This document shows positions 49,801 to 64,000 of a DNA stretch of 64,000 nt, in pieces. Position 1 is the first letter of the stretch; the number at the start of each line of letters is the position of its first letter. The translations under genes were made by a program, and so were the position numbers. Source of the DNA: Paragordius varius (Eukaryota > Animalia > Nematomorpha); assembly GCA_964247055.1 (NCBI GenBank), contig OZ176051.1, positions 8,308,001 to 8,372,000 on the forward strand, read 5' to 3'. The notes beneath the pieces were generated by a model that had not been told where the DNA came from, ran no database searches, and saw nothing but the letters and a program-made list of their open reading frames with translations.

Positions 49801-52800
49801 GTTGTACTACTTTTACTGAACATAATATTATTATCTACTTTGTTGTGAAGGTTGGCAATGATAGCAAGTTTTTCAGATTCTTTTTCTACTTCAAGTTGCA
49901 TTTTAGCCATAGATGGGGCTTGACTAAGAGCCAACCGAGCCTTTTCCCTCTGTAACATAATTTGGCGTTCAAGTAACCAAGGTAAGTCTTTAATGGTGCT
50001 TCCATTTTTGTGAGGGATTGTAGTCGATTTATATCCACTCTCAGCGTAATAATTTGGCATAGGTCTAAGCCCATATGGGTCAAAAGATGGCTGTTCATTT
50101 CCTTCATTGGTGGAATAATTACTTTTAGTTAAACAATATGGAGAGGAAACTAAACTAGTTTCGTGATACGTCTGTTCATATTGTTCAAACGTAGCGTTAG
50201 GATGGATCAATGAATTATGACAAGATTGTGAAAGGGTATAAGGTGGTTGATTCAAAACTGGTTCCACATATTCCCAAACGGAACATTCACCCAGGTCATC
50301 ACATGGATTTAGGATTGACTCATTTCTCGAAGAATTGTAAGCGTTGTTGGATTTCTTGGAATTATTTTGGTGCGTTATATCGTCGATACAATTTAACAGG
50401 GATAACATTGAGGATGTGGTATTTTCATAGGTAGCGTAACAGTTTTTTACGCCATTACTTGCGATTTGAATAGCAGGACATTCGTTGAGCAGATATGGTA
50501 GAGAAAAAAATAATTTTGACATCGTGTTGTTACCATTAAATGAATCATCTTTATCTGCATAACCACATAAATGATTCAAAGAAAGCGATATAGGATACAT
50601 GCGATTTTTGCCAAAATTTGGCCGTAATTCCAAGTGACCTGTGGCGTGGAAGCGGTTTTGAAAGTCATAAGATTTGTCAACTAATTTTTTTCTACTTTGG
50701 ACCATCTCTTCCTTAGGGTTGGCATCAAGGGAAGGATCATTCATATAACACACTTGTAAATTAAAAGATTTGATTGAATTCGATCTCGTTTTAGTATGAG
50801 TTCTTTTTTGATTTCTCCTAGTGCGTATATGTTGGAATTGGTTGTTTTTGTTATTATCTTGTGGATTGTTTGTTATATTTTTATAAGTAGGGACATTACA
50901 TAAAGATGTTTTAGCCATGTCTAATCTCTTAAGAAGAGATTTATCTTTATTACTGTCATTAGGTAGGATATTAGCATTATTGTTAAAATCATAATCATAA
51001 ATTTTATTGTTATTATGCATTTTGTACAGTAATTTCCTGGATTGTTTTTGATGATATTTTTGATGATTTTTCATTTTAGTGGCCCATATGGGGCATTGGC
51101 AAACGGGATTAGCAGTTGTAACTTTAGTGTGGTCAATATTTTTATTTTGGGAATCTCCAAAAGATTTCAAAAAAAGTGGGTAATCTTTTGAAAAATTTTT
51201 GTCAGTCGTTTGACCATACATACAATCTATATCATCATTTTCTGAGTCAGATGAGGATAAAACTATGGATTCAGAGGAGCCTAGGGAAGAGGTATCGATA
51301 TCTCTTTTGTCGGATTGCATAAATTCGGCATCAATCTATACAATATTAAATATTAATCATATTTGGTTGAAATACAAAAAAATTATGTGTAATTTAACAA
51401 CCAGAGGGAGTATTTATTTATTTAATGGTTAGATGTATATTTTCTTGATTAGTTTTTAATCACAGAATGAAAGTGAAATACTTAGGGTAAAACCGTAAAT
51501 ATTTACTCTTGCTAGCCCATATTAGATGATTGAAGTATATTTAAGTATTTGTTATAGAAATGTATTAATAAAATTTATCATTATATATAGGGAATTAAGC
51601 TAAAAGTCTTACAGTGATGATAAAAAAGTAGGGATATCCACTAATCCTTTCAGATTGGACAGTTAAAATTAATTTAACCATGATAAAATAATAAATTATA
51701 TGATATTTAATTAAATCTTGTCTCCTATTATCATGTGTGAAATCCTTGAGAATTTGGCAATTACAGTTGGCTGCTCAATTTGGCCCTTATAACAAAGTGT
51801 TTTTACTATTGTTAATCAAGTGATAATATAGTGTTAAAAGTTTGAAGGAAAAAAAGTTGGAAGAATTGCAATGATTTTTCAATCATGAATATGTATGATG
51901 TCTTCTTTTCGTTTATAAAAAAACTGTGTTGATTAGCAACCATAACTAAGAGTAATAAGGTATATGATATGATAGGTGAAGTGTGGAAAATTATAAAAAA
52001 AAATATTTTTCTAAAACTCGTCAGAATATATAAAAGTAAATTATTAAACGGAAATTAAACATGTCATTTATACATATATACTGTGATGGTCATAAATTAT
52101 TAATTTTGTAGTTTATGCAAATATGTATGTGTATATACCTAATAACGGAAATAAAAAAAACCAAAAATTTTAGGCGAATCAACACACACATACAAGTATA
52201 TGTTAGAAAAAAAATTAATATTGTAGAGAAATTTCTAAATAAAAAGTGGTTTATTTACAACACATGAAACTAAGCAAAAACTGGCCAAATCGCAACATGA
52301 GTGTAAAGGTCATCCGGGAAGGAAAAATGGTAAACGAGAGAGGCTGAAAAGGAATTAATCATAATAATAAGATTAAATTTGAAGTAATCTTTCTCGATGT
52401 ATGATGAGATAATGCAAATAACAACTATAAATTCCTCATATATATAATATATACCTTTTACAGTTCAAATTCACCCTCAAACAATTCAAATTCGCCCTAA
52501 AATAAATCAAAGAATAGGTAGGGCAGGATATTGACCATACGAAATAAAGGAAAACTTAAAATCATTTTTTTTAAATTAAATATCATAAAAATATGTCTTG
52601 TTGTGGTTATTTTTGGGTATTTTACTCCGCAATCAGATTAAATGGACAAGATTTAGTATGCTGTATGTCTGAAACCACAAAATGCGTAAATTTGGGATAT
52701 GTCAACGAAAATAAATTAAATAATTTCAAAATACATATGATTAGGGAGTTATGAATTATTCATATCCATGAGATTAAGATTTTAATGAAATAATTAAGTG

Positions 52801-55800
52801 TTTGTTATCCTTCTAACTTTTAATAATTGTTGAAAACATTTTAAAATGTAACATAATTTATAACCTATCATATATACGGATATAAATTAATTTTCGATAA
52901 AATTTCTCCACAATGTTTGATTTAATAAACACATTTAGTTATGTTTCAGAGAATTTTTACCAAATAATTATTAATTTAAAATCATGTCCCCTTGTCATAT
53001 TGCGATATGATATGAAAAATAATAAATCTAAAACGGGATATCGCGTGTCATCTTAATATTCAAAAAATGGGATTCCAAGAATATTATGATAAGGAATAAC
53101 AAATTAATATGTTAATGATGATGAGATAGAATATTTTATGTTAGGCACATATCTGCTGACCCTTAACTCAATTATAAAATATTTATATATTCCACATATT
53201 ATGATGACAAATTTAGGGAATATGGAGTTAGTATTTCAAATTATAATAAATATATTTGGAAAGGGAAAATCACCAATTATCAGAATCCGAAAAAAAATTT
53301 AGGGGTCACGATGCATATTAGCAAAATGATCTCAAAAATAGGATTTTAAGCAATATTTTTGAAAAAAAATCCATGAAATTCTTTTTTATGAATCAAAATG
53401 ACTAAAACTCAGATAAAATAGTAGATGCATTTTTTCAATAACATTCGATATTTTCGAACAAACCTCAAATGCAATCAGTTTTTTGATTAATCTACCTCCT
53501 TATATGTTACGTAAACTCATTTTTGCGGATTTTGAAAGCAGGTTTAAGTTTCTTTCTGTACAATAATATTGAAATTTTAAAAACAAGATTTTTGACCTAA
53601 ATTTGGGAAACTATGATATAGTTATAGTATATGTAATAAAAAATTATTCAAATATTTTTGGGATTTTCCATGTAGTGTGTTGTTTAAAATTTTGGAATTT
53701 ATTTCAATAAATTAATAATAAAAGTTGGGCAATTGACATAACATCACTAAACTTCATAAAATTGCACTCAAACGATGTATACAAAATTTGATTATGAGTT
53801 ACATTAACTTTGTAAAGATGATAATATAAATTATTTAGTAAACTGTTTCAAACAACAAATTGTTAAGATGCTGACTTTTTTAATCAAACCTTTAAACTAT
53901 ATTTAAATATTTCCTATAGTTACTAAAAATAACTACAAGATTAGGCAAATGCTTATATACATAATAATTTTATAGTTTTTCCTTAAACAATAAAAATTAA
54001 AAATCAATAAGTAGTATGACCACAAAACAAGATTATATATCTTATATTATTCCATATATATTGAAAAATAAACAACATCGCGACAATACACTTAATATTG
54101 TTTTACAGAAGGAAAGAATTAAGCAAAATTAAAGTAAAAACAAAATTTTAGACATAGAGAGATTCTTATCTTTTTGCTATATTTTCGTTAAAAAATTAAA
54201 TAGGTAGAAAAGGAATTATATTTCAAGTAGTGATAGTACAAATTGATTTCATAAGTAGGCTAATTATTACAAAAAATCTAAAGTAAAATTATGACCTATA
54301 TATTAAGTGGCCTTCCTAAAGAAACTCTTATTACAGTTTGCTAAATACTGTAAACTTAATTCAAGTTATAAATTTGGGTTTTCTGGCTCAAAAAATAATA
54401 ACCATTGGATGCACAATTCAGTCAAATCTTAGTATTACAGTAATAATTAAAATTATACGAACAAAATGAAAAATATAAAAACAAAATATTTGTTTCAAAA
54501 AACAACCATAACTTTTTTCAACCTTGATTCATCCTATAAAAAACATTTAGTATAATACATAATTAATTGTGTTATCAATTTACATTACATTATTATACTT
54601 TGCAGTTTAAAACAACGAGTTATATTTTAAAAAAAATCAAGATTTAAAAAGTAGGATTGTCTGTTAACTAAAAATATTTGTTTTTATATTTTCACATTTT
54701 GTCCGTATAATTATAATTTTTACTGTTCAATGAAGATCTGTTGTCACATGTTAAAAACAAATTGATCCAATATTCAGAAATAATATGAATGAAAAGCAAA
54801 AATAATTCAGATTTAATCAAACAAAATGTTCAGTGAAAAGTTAGGTATAAGTTTTTAACTTATAATTAGCAATTGAGTTATATGTTGTGAAAGACAAAAA
54901 CCAATTTAAAATTCAATAGGGCATTTCTGTATTTTAATTGGCTAAACGAGTTTTTAATTACCAAATCTGTTGCCGACATGTATGAGATTATTTTTGTTGC
55001 TTATGTTATATGATTTAATCATCAACAAAATAATAATTTTTTTTATGAATTTTATAACAACTCACACCTCTATGCTTTTTCAAATCAAAACAAAAATAAA
55101 ATATAAATTAAGATTAAGTGTATTTTTTTTGTACAAAAACTTCAAAAATGTAACTCATAAAAACAAAAAAGTTCATACATGGCAAGAAACATGTAAATTG
55201 AATTTTTTAGCTCAGGAGTGTCCAACACAATGGCTTCACAGGCGGTATTTTTAACTCAAAAATACGGCGGGACGCACATAAAGTTTCTGAGGGTCACATG
55301 ACCCCTGTTTTAGCCAATTAAATAGCCAGATGGCTAATATATCGTTATTGTAACATCTCAATGGGCAAAAATATGAGATTGTTAAACATCATTTTTAAGA
55401 AATACATAACTAAAAGAAGAAAATATTCGCCAAAAATTACATATATCAAATTTATTGATTCAAATTCCACATATGTCGGAATAAAAGAGAATTTAAAAAA
55501 TGCCAAATTAAACAGGGTTTATTTAAATTTTGATAAATAGCTAAAAATATATATTTAGTTAACTAATTTTAAATAAAAAACAAAATTTTAAAATTCTTTT
55601 AATCTAAGAGGTTTTATTTGAATATAAACGACCTAGGCTTTCTATTCAATACTTTCGTGGAAATAAATTAAAAGACCGATTAAAGGACCTCTGACTATGA
55701 TAAAATATACACATGTAACGATTTTCCATTAAGGTATTATACCATTTACAGTTCAAAATCACGCTTAAACAATTCAAATTCACCCTCAAATTAGAATTCA

Positions 55801-56915
55801 CCCTCGAACAATTCAAATTTACCCTAAAATATGGGCTTTTAAGATTAAAATTTATTTTATTTTATGAGACTCTGGTTATAACATTCTAATGCTGAAAAAA
55901 TAATAAAGTATATCGTAAAAATATATTTCATATTAATGATAAGTTAAATTATCCCGATAACCCAATTTATTTTTAGAGTGAATTCAAATTGTTCAAAGGT
56001 TAATTTGAATTGTAAATGGTATATTATTATTAAGCGATTAAAATAATTCATTTATAATTTTAATTGGTTTGTAACAGTTTAACCCTTTATTAGCAAACAC
56101 CCAAAAAATGTAATTAAATTTAAAACATTTAATAATACCTTATATTTTGGGATGATCAATTTTCTTATTATTTGGATTCATTTGGATAATTTAGCGGCAT
56201 GCGAATTTTATAGTTAAATACCTTAGGAAAAAATTCTTAATCATATTTTATTTCAGATTTCAAACGGTTTTTTCAGAATAAAAAAACAAAAACATTTTTG
56301 AAGAAAATACTAGAAAATCGTGTTTGTTTAAAAAGATTTGATAGATGGTAAAACTATTTAAATTTAATTTGGACATCCAGATTTTTTTATCTTGATAATT
56401 TATTGTATTGTAAAAGTTATTTGAGATTAACGATTCGAATTTGTGACTTAAATTAAATTGTAACCTATAAATAACGGAATTTAAGACGTGAAAAAAACAT
56501 AATTTTTATCAAGAAAAAAATTTAATAAGTCACGAGATTAATCGTGGATTGTTGACCATAAACATATTTTTATAAGAAAATTAATTGTATTAATTTTAAG
56601 TTTTCAAAATAAAATACCTGATATTTATCCTCAGGATGCAATCGAGATGATTCCCATGTATCGATCACCTGATATTTTTGCGACATTGTAATTTAAAATA
56701 AGAAAAATGGATTTTAAAAAAAGTCGAAAAAGTAATATATATAAAAACCCAAAGCGATAAATTTTTACTCAAAACTTGTAAAATATAATTAATTTGTTTT
56801 AGATTACATTTTTTTCATGATACAAAACAAATACAGAATCTTCGCGACATAAAAAAATGGACAAAACCACATAATATGTATACATTTTTTAAAAAATGGA
56901 AAAACGCTAAGATCT

Positions 56916-56970
<55 letters not shown>

Positions 56971-59900
56971 CAAAAAAAATAATTTAAAAAAAAACAATAG
57001 CATGCATCATTCAATAAATGTATCATATATAGCTATAAATTATTAATGAAAATATAATTGTTACAAAATACAAGAGTATAGTCAAAAACAGTTACTTTTA
57101 ACACGATATAGTGTCCAAAATTTGGATTTTACGACAGGGTTTTAAAAACTATAGATCCAAACTTAATTAATTTTAAAGTTATAAAATATAATTGGTATTC
57201 GATTGACTTTTATCTGAGAATTATGATATTAAAATTTAGTTGTTTAGTTTACTTATAACATATTATTCTAAATTTAAAAAATTGTTTTGTTAAAGTAAGA
57301 TGCGATGTTGTCAAAAATGCCAACGGAAAATAAAATAAATAAATATTATGATTGATTGATTGATATAATTTCATGGCAAAAATTCCAATTTATTTTATGT
57401 TTTCTAAAAAAACTTTGTTTGATTGAAAACTTCACAAACAACTTTATGCAATTAACTAACTCAAAACATTACTTTTTGTCTAAACTCTCTCCTTTAAATA
57501 ACTTTAATGGTGGACAAGTTTGACTTTCATGAACTTATTACGATAGTTTCAAAAGAAACAATGATTTGCGTTAACCGTCTTTTATTAACTATGGGGCGGT
57601 TTTAACCCAAAAAAATATATAATTTCATTGAGTCCTAACTATTATATGTTGATTTTAATAAGCCTAATAAAATCAAATAAAATCGTTTCGGATAAGTTAT
57701 ATTATCGTTTAAAAAGTTGAAATAAAATTATACATATACCATTTACAGTTCAAATTAACCCTTGAACAATTCATCACCTTGAAAATATATTTTGTTTTCG
57801 AACTAATATAACTTATTATTAATTTAAAAAAATGGCATAATTATTTTTTTCAGTATTATTTTAATTTAAAACAAAATTTTATTTTTTAGAAATATATATA
57901 AATAATAAGTAATTTATTTTAAAAAACATATAATTTATTTGAGGGTAAATTTGAATTGGGGTCAATTTGAATTGGTCAAGGGTAAATTTGAATAAACGGT
58001 ATATATATTGGTGTTACTCAAAATATAAAAAGAGTCAAATAAAATATAACCAAAATATTTAAAGGACCGCAAAAAAGATTTATTTTGACTCAAGGGCCGC
58101 GAACCATATATACCATTTACACTTCAAATTGACCCTTATTTAAATTCACCCTCAAACATTTCAAATTCACCCTAAAATAAATTATGTACTTTTTAAGATT
58201 AAATTTTACCCATATTTTTTTATATTTTTAAAATAAATGAAATTTTGTTTGTAATTATTATAATACTGAAAAAATAATAAATTTTGCCATTAAAATATAT
58301 TTCATATTAATGATAAGTTACATTATAGTGAAAACACATAATTATTTTTAGGGTGAATTTGAATTGTTCAAGGGTGAACTTAAATTGTTCAAGGGTCAAT
58401 TTGAATTGTAAATGGTATAAAAGCAAAAAAAAAATTATAGGTGTTTGACATATTTTCCTTATTAGATGTAACAAATTTTATTTTTTATGGCCATAAAAAA
58501 GCATTAGGGTCGGGGGTAGGAGAACCACTGGTAAAAATAATAATAGAATACATTTAATTTAGTTATAGAAAAACCGTGATTAAAGTGGAAACCTACTCAT
58601 GTAGCCAACGACCAAATCTAAAAACTGGATTAAGTTATAGTTTTTTTTTCGAAAAAAAAGTTTTCGATATATTTGAAATAATTTTTTTTACATAATTCTG
58701 TTGATTATAATTATTTCTGGTCGTTGTTTATTGGGTCCGTTTTTGATCATTTAATCCGAATTAGACCCTTAAATAATGTGTATTGATTGTTTTACGAAAC
58801 GCTAAAGGCGGGTTTTTGATTTTATCTGACGACAGTTTTTTTGTGAGAGCCCAATTAAAAAGTTTTTAACTTAGCTTGCCAACAAAGATTTTTATATGTA
58901 GAGTAAAATTTCGTGTCCGTTTTTTAACAAAAAATGTTTTTTAAAAAATGGGTAATTTTGATAATAATAACTTCAGGAGAAAATTTGAAGAATTAATTAA
59001 TACTATCGAATGTGTTTTGACAAATTCTGTCATACATTTTTATTTTAGCAGTTTCAAAATTTTCTAAAATAATTGATTTGACTTTAAAATGTTCAAGGTT
59101 TCTATTTTTAAGATCAACATACCCAAATTTAAATTAGGCTCATCAAAAAAAATTTTTACAACTATCATGATAAAGTCGTATGCTATAACAAATAATTTCA
59201 TTTCAAATTTCTTTATAATCTCAAGCAATCATGGTGTTACTATATAATATACTTGGCAAGGTTTATGTAATTATACTATGTCACTTTAATTTTATGAAAA
59301 AAAACCATAAAATTCTTCGAAAGTCCAAATTAATATTCGATGGACAAAACAACAAACTTCTTATTCAACCACAATAGAGTTTCTAACTTATTTTTTTATT
59401 AAAAAATGATTGCGTGACAGAAATATTGAGAAAATGTAGGTATTATCGTTTACGAGGTCAAGAATCAAATATTATTTTTTATAAATTAAAAATAATCAAT
59501 TATATATGAAAAATTGTATACCGAAAGATTGTTCTGCACATTTCTTGAAAGCTCTAAAAGGCTCCCCTCTTCACCGCCATTCGGAATGATAGATTGGACA
59601 CTGTTCATGGATGTTAAATGTTTATAAAAACGATCCATATTGCTAAGTATTTTGTCATTTGGCATGACAATCGTTTCTTCAAAATCAAAAATGTCCCCAG
59701 AAGTGTCTTTCATCATAATATCCGTGGGGATGGTAGGTGAAGGTGAATGTACGCATGAAATATCATAGTACTGTTTTGGGCATTGGCCCTTTTTTCTTGG
59801 GGTCGTGGGATTGTTTTTATTACTGTTTTTGTTTCCAATCACATGTTCATCATTGCCATCAGTTGTTTGAGGTGATAGGGTGAGAGACCGCTCAGATATC

Positions 59901-60136
59901 GTATCAGACATATAAGAATTGGTGTCATCATCTCTTGTTCCTATGGTTAAAATCTCATGAGAATTTTGACCGTCGTTGGGTTTCGAATCCGAGTTTAGGG
60001 AAAAAGAATTGGATTGATTATTATAAGAATGTTCATAGAATCCACTATCGGCAATAGTTTTACTGTCCGAACATGAGTAGATTGAGGGTTGAGGTGACAA
60101 AATCAATATACGATCATCGGTGTCACTTTGATTCAT
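46805..60136 (-). CDS. SCHIP1: Schwannomin-interacting protein 1-like, expanded to ~1195 aa
   Basis: Minus-strand exons 60136-59522, 51335-48990, 48356-47903, 47177-47084, 46883-46805 (TGA), phases consistent. SCHIP-1 motifs: [87 protein letters not shown] (recalled human [30 protein letters not shown]). The join of the 59.5-60.1 kb exon rests on splice phase only (~0.6 confidence). Confidence 0.85.
54438..54725. mobile_element. MITE family B copy
   Basis: TA-CAGTAATAATTAAAATTATACGAACAAAA...TTTTGTCCGTATAATTATAATTTTTACTG. Confidence 0.8.
55213..55307. mobile_element. 95-bp hAT-type mini-element
   Basis: CAGGAGTGTCCAACAC...TGACCCCTG; 8-bp flanks TTTTAGCT / TTTTAGCC (7/8 match). Confidence 0.65.
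55740..56021. mobile_element. MITE family A copy
   Basis: TA-TACCATTTACAG...TGTAAATGGTA-TA. Confidence 0.8.
56900..56967. repeat. (TA)n microsatellite; similar tracts near 13965, 20590, 26133, 38519, 46243, 60520, 63800
   Basis: Direct reading of TA dinucleotide runs. Confidence 0.95.
57737..58001. mobile_element. MITE family A copy
   Basis: TATACCATTTACAGTTCAAATT...AAATTTGAATAAACGGTATA. Confidence 0.75.
58111..58417. mobile_element. MITE family A (TIR TACCATTTACA, 21-bp subterminal repeats), best-preserved copy
   Basis: TA-TACCATTTACA...TGTAAATGGTA-TA with (AATTCAAATTCACCCTTGAAC)-type repeats in inverted orientation at both ends. Confidence 0.8.
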
Positions 60137-60515
60137 TCTTTCTATTTGATTTGATTCTGTTTTTTTGTAACGTGTAATTAAAATAAAAAAATAGGTAATG
60201 TAACAACTAAGATCTATCTTTTATGAAGTCTAAGAATAATTTCTTATGAAATATTGTATAGAAATTCATGCATGAAAAAAAATTAATTTACATCCTTAAC
60301 ACAAAATTAAATTTTTTATGATAATCCATACATATATTTCTAAGATATGTATATTTTTTACAATATAAAATTGAGGGATAAAAATTTAATTTAACATTCC
60401 ATTTTACAGCATATATGTAATTTATTATTCAGTCATTGACATGACATATTGTCAATTCTTACTTGAGGTGAAAAATATTTCTCGTAAAACAAATTTTTTT
60501 GATATTAAATTAAAA

Positions 60516-60562
<47 letters not shown>

Positions 60563-63500
60563 TTTTTGAAGATTCCAAATCATTTGAAAATATATAATGC
60601 ATGAGATTTTAAATCTCTGAAAATTAATTTTATTTGACTTTTGTGTTTGAGGGTGTTTTATAAAATAAATTAAAATGCCTCAATCAATTCAGTAATCCAA
60701 TAGATAAAATTATTAATTTATATTTACCTGATAACTCAAACAAGTATGAATGATAAAATCAATGATATTTGATCCTGGTATACTGAAGAGTTCCGGCCAT
60801 CAAAAATACTTTGAAAAAAATAGAAGAAAAGTTAATTTACATATATTTTTATTAAAATAAATTTTGATTCAATGAAAGGAAAAAATATTATATTTATATG
60901 CAAATTTTGTGGTTTCTTTTTTTGAATATAAAAAGTAAAAAGAGATTATTTAATGGTTAATTAATTAAATATATACTAAAGGAATACTAAAGAAAACACG
61001 GTGTAATATGTCACAAATATAACGAGACTCTTCAAAAAATAATGAAATTTAAATAATATAAAACAACATATTTAATATATATTAATTTGCATCTTTTAGA
61101 TATTCCATACGCTCTGCATTCATAAACACTTGAGTTTATATTTCTTCTATATTCTTTTCATTTTTATTTTTTTATTATTTTATCAAACTAACAGTTAAAA
61201 CACTCATAGTTATAACTATTGTTGTTACGAGATGTATACATATCAAAACTAAACAGTCAAAATTCCGTTAACTATTTTTTTTAGCTTTGTTTGTTTTTGT
61301 GCGTTGTTAAAGTTTTTTGTGCTTTCATGAAAGATAAAGTTTGTAGAAATATTTCAAATAAACAAAAGACATAGAGCATAGCATATTCAAAATATCAGAA
61401 ATACAATCATATAATTTAGATTAAATAAAGCCGTATATTTGGACATGATGAGTATGTAATTTAAACCGTTTTACCAACAAATCCAATTGGAAACCCTAAG
61501 ATCTGCATTCATTTGTTATAATGACTTACTGGCATATAAATCCTTTATGAAACTAGTTGTTTTAAATCAAAAAAAGTATCGATTTCAAAGTTTGTGTAAA
61601 AAATTGATATATTTTCTATGTTCGAATACTTTCGATTGTAATAATTTTACATAATTTATTTAATATTGCTAGTTTTAAGAGTGGAAAAAACACAGAGTAA
61701 ACTGATACATTTTTAATGGAAATTATACTTTTATAAGGCAAAAATAAAATTTTATTATTTAAACCAAATGGGGAAATCATTCAAACTTTTGAAGAAATCA
61801 AATCAGCGTTAAAATCATATATGGTAAATAAGTTAAAACCATATAATCCTAAATAAGTTAGGAGATGTGCTTCATCATAAAACTTATATGAATCCATGTG
61901 TTTTCTTTTCTCGATAAACCACATTTTATTTTCAAGAACATTTCTCTAGTTGTATTTTAAATAATAATCTTTACAGATACCACAACTAAAATACGTATAC
62001 GCTAAGCTTAAAATAAACCATTGAATCAATCGTTTAATTTAACACTATATTAGCTTTTGGGGCAGTTTCATATCCCCAGAGCGATTTAAAATTGGAATAT
62101 CTAAATAAGGAATTAAGCCGAATTTAAATATGCTTTTTTGGCCTTTTGGGCGAAATTATTAAAAAAGGTAAAATTGTAAAAAATCATCATGTCAAACTTT
62201 TTTGCCGCTATTTTTCATATAAATTGTTTAAAATCGCTATTTCCACAGGCAAATAGATTTAGTAAATGTGAGTAATTAAGAAAAAAATTTCAGGCTACAT
62301 TTTAACAGCAAAAACTTTATATATTTTAATTTAATTATCAGCTGTTTGATGCGAATCGTGTTTTAAAGCTGTTCCAATTTTAGACCATAGCAGTCACAAA
62401 ACAGTAATAATTATAAGCCTTTTTATCTAATAGATAACAATGTTTGATAATTAAATTTAAACTAAAATAGCTTTTATAACTGTTGTTTTTCAATATTTTT
62501 GAACTTTGGGATATAAAACTACCCCAAAAGATAAACCAAGAAAAGTAATGATGTGTAAATTATGCCTTATATATTTCCAATTAATATATTTAAAATGTTT
62601 TAATGTTTATACAAAATATAGAATTCTTTGAAAATTAGGTTTGTAATAGACATAAAACGGTGACACTGAATGAACTTTAATTCCTAATCCATTTACCCTT
62701 GAAAATTCTTATCAATAGTTTTTATTTATTTTTTCTGTCTAGTAAAATTGTTAAGCTTATATGTAATATATGTTAATTGTATGAATATTTTTGATTAATA
62801 AAAAAATTTAAAAGAAAGTTATTTAATCAAGGTTAACAAAGTTCTTTGTTAATTAACAACAATTATGAAAAATATCGGTAAATTAACCATATTTTAATGA
62901 ATTCCAATTATCTTTATCAATAGAGTAGTTTTATTTACTTATTTTCTCAAGTAAATAAAACTTGGTGGCTGCGAAATATACACATCGATTTCAAATTATT
63001 CTATAAATACCTTCCATAATTTATAATATTTTATATGTTTAAGAATGATTATAAGCTTTTGAGACTGAAAATTGTAACCGTGATTAAAACAGCTGTTTGT
63101 TTCAAAGATTTGGCAAAGATGCAGAAGCCATAAAACTTTAAAATTAAGGGTTTTTACCCAATATCCGCTAATGCTTCTCATGTTTTAGCAAAAACAAATT
63201 AGATAAAATAAAAGAGTGTACATAAAAGTTGTAAGTTTAATAAATAAAGTTATAGGAAATTGATATGGGTTTCACCCTTAAGTTTAAATTCAATATAATT
63301 TAAACAATTTATCAAAAATTAATATATAGCGAAAATTATAGGATACATTTAAATAACATCAATCATAATCGCTTGATTTAATTTGATTAAATATCCAAAT
63401 TACAAAATGAAAATAAAAAAAATAAAGCGTTAAAAACTATTTGTCCCAAAAAACAAAGGACCAAATTTTGACATAAAATAAGTTAGGACACGAAACAATA

Positions 63501-63619
63501 TTACAAACACGTCGGCTTAAGACCTCTAGCAGTGACTTAGTAACGGATTAAAGGAGTGTATACATGAGTGTTGAAAATTATGGGAAATTAATTTTGTCAA
63601 AATTTAATTCAAATTTATA

Positions 63620-63700
63620 CTCTACTTTTTTGGCACCAACAAGAAAGAAGGGTCGTCATCGAGGATTCGTTTGGCGCCATAAAGCTATCTGCCTATCTAA
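63620..63700 (+). pseudogene. Possible PIF/Harbinger transposase remnant
   Basis: Short frame FWHQQERRVVIEDSFGAIK resembles the Harbinger R-x-x-IE-x-x-FG-x-LK motif; no TIRs or further domain found. Confidence 0.3.
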
Positions 63701-63797
63701 ACGATCGGTTCTAATTTTATGAAAATTGTCTAAATTAGATATAAGGATTTTAAAAACGTCAAAATTATTGTGCATTCTATTCCGCTGTGGTGTACAT

Positions 63798-63842
<45 letters not shown>

Positions 63843-64000
63843 CTCCTTTTCAGATAGGATATTTTTTAAATTAATGAGTAATTTTATGTTATGACAACAG
63901 GTTAACTAGCAGAGTTAATGTAAATAATTACTTTGATTCGAATTGGGGTAGCTAAAGACCACAGACTATATTTAAGTTAACATTTCTAAAAAACTACTGA

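Noticed and set aside
49342-50434. Plus-strand ORFs within the large SCHIP1 exon
   Set aside because: Antisense shadows of the 782-codon exon with no motifs.
60728-60810. Additional coding exon of SCHIP1 upstream
   Set aside because: It has a good donor (CAG|GTAAAT) but is not phase-compatible with an open frame from an ATG; at most a 5' UTR exon.

Overview
AT-rich (by eye about three-quarters A+T) intron-containing animal genomic DNA; not prokaryotic, and no CRISPR or rRNA seen. Four protein-coding genes were reconstructed by hand from GT-AG junctions and family motifs. (1) An FMNL/Frl-type formin (+, about 10.2-31.9 kb, 32 exons found, first exon uncertain). (2) NSE1/NSMCE1, the SMC5/6 RING subunit (-, 34636-37008), absent from the ORF track because its 5' half is cut by 23/25/25-nt introns. 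(3) A cytosolic GH85 ENGase (+, 37087-45062), head-to-head with NSE1 with only 78 nt between the ATGs and a 29-nt first intron. (4) A much-expanded SCHIP1-like gene (-, 46805-60136). ENGase intron 6 holds a decayed 1.8-kb IS630/Tc1/mariner transposon (TA TSD, ~165-bp TIRs, DD30E) whose transposase is split by four 21-26-nt GT-AG introns. The main signal is a distinct class of eight ultra-short (21-29 nt) introns alongside ordinary 66-98 nt and kb-scale introns, with nothing between 29 and 66 nt. Non-coding DNA is dense in MITE families, hAT mini-elements with 8-bp TSDs, a tRNA-derived SINE nested in a MITE, Helitron-like repeats, a ~310-bp tandem array and (TA)n tracts. All family assignments come from recalled motifs, not database searches.
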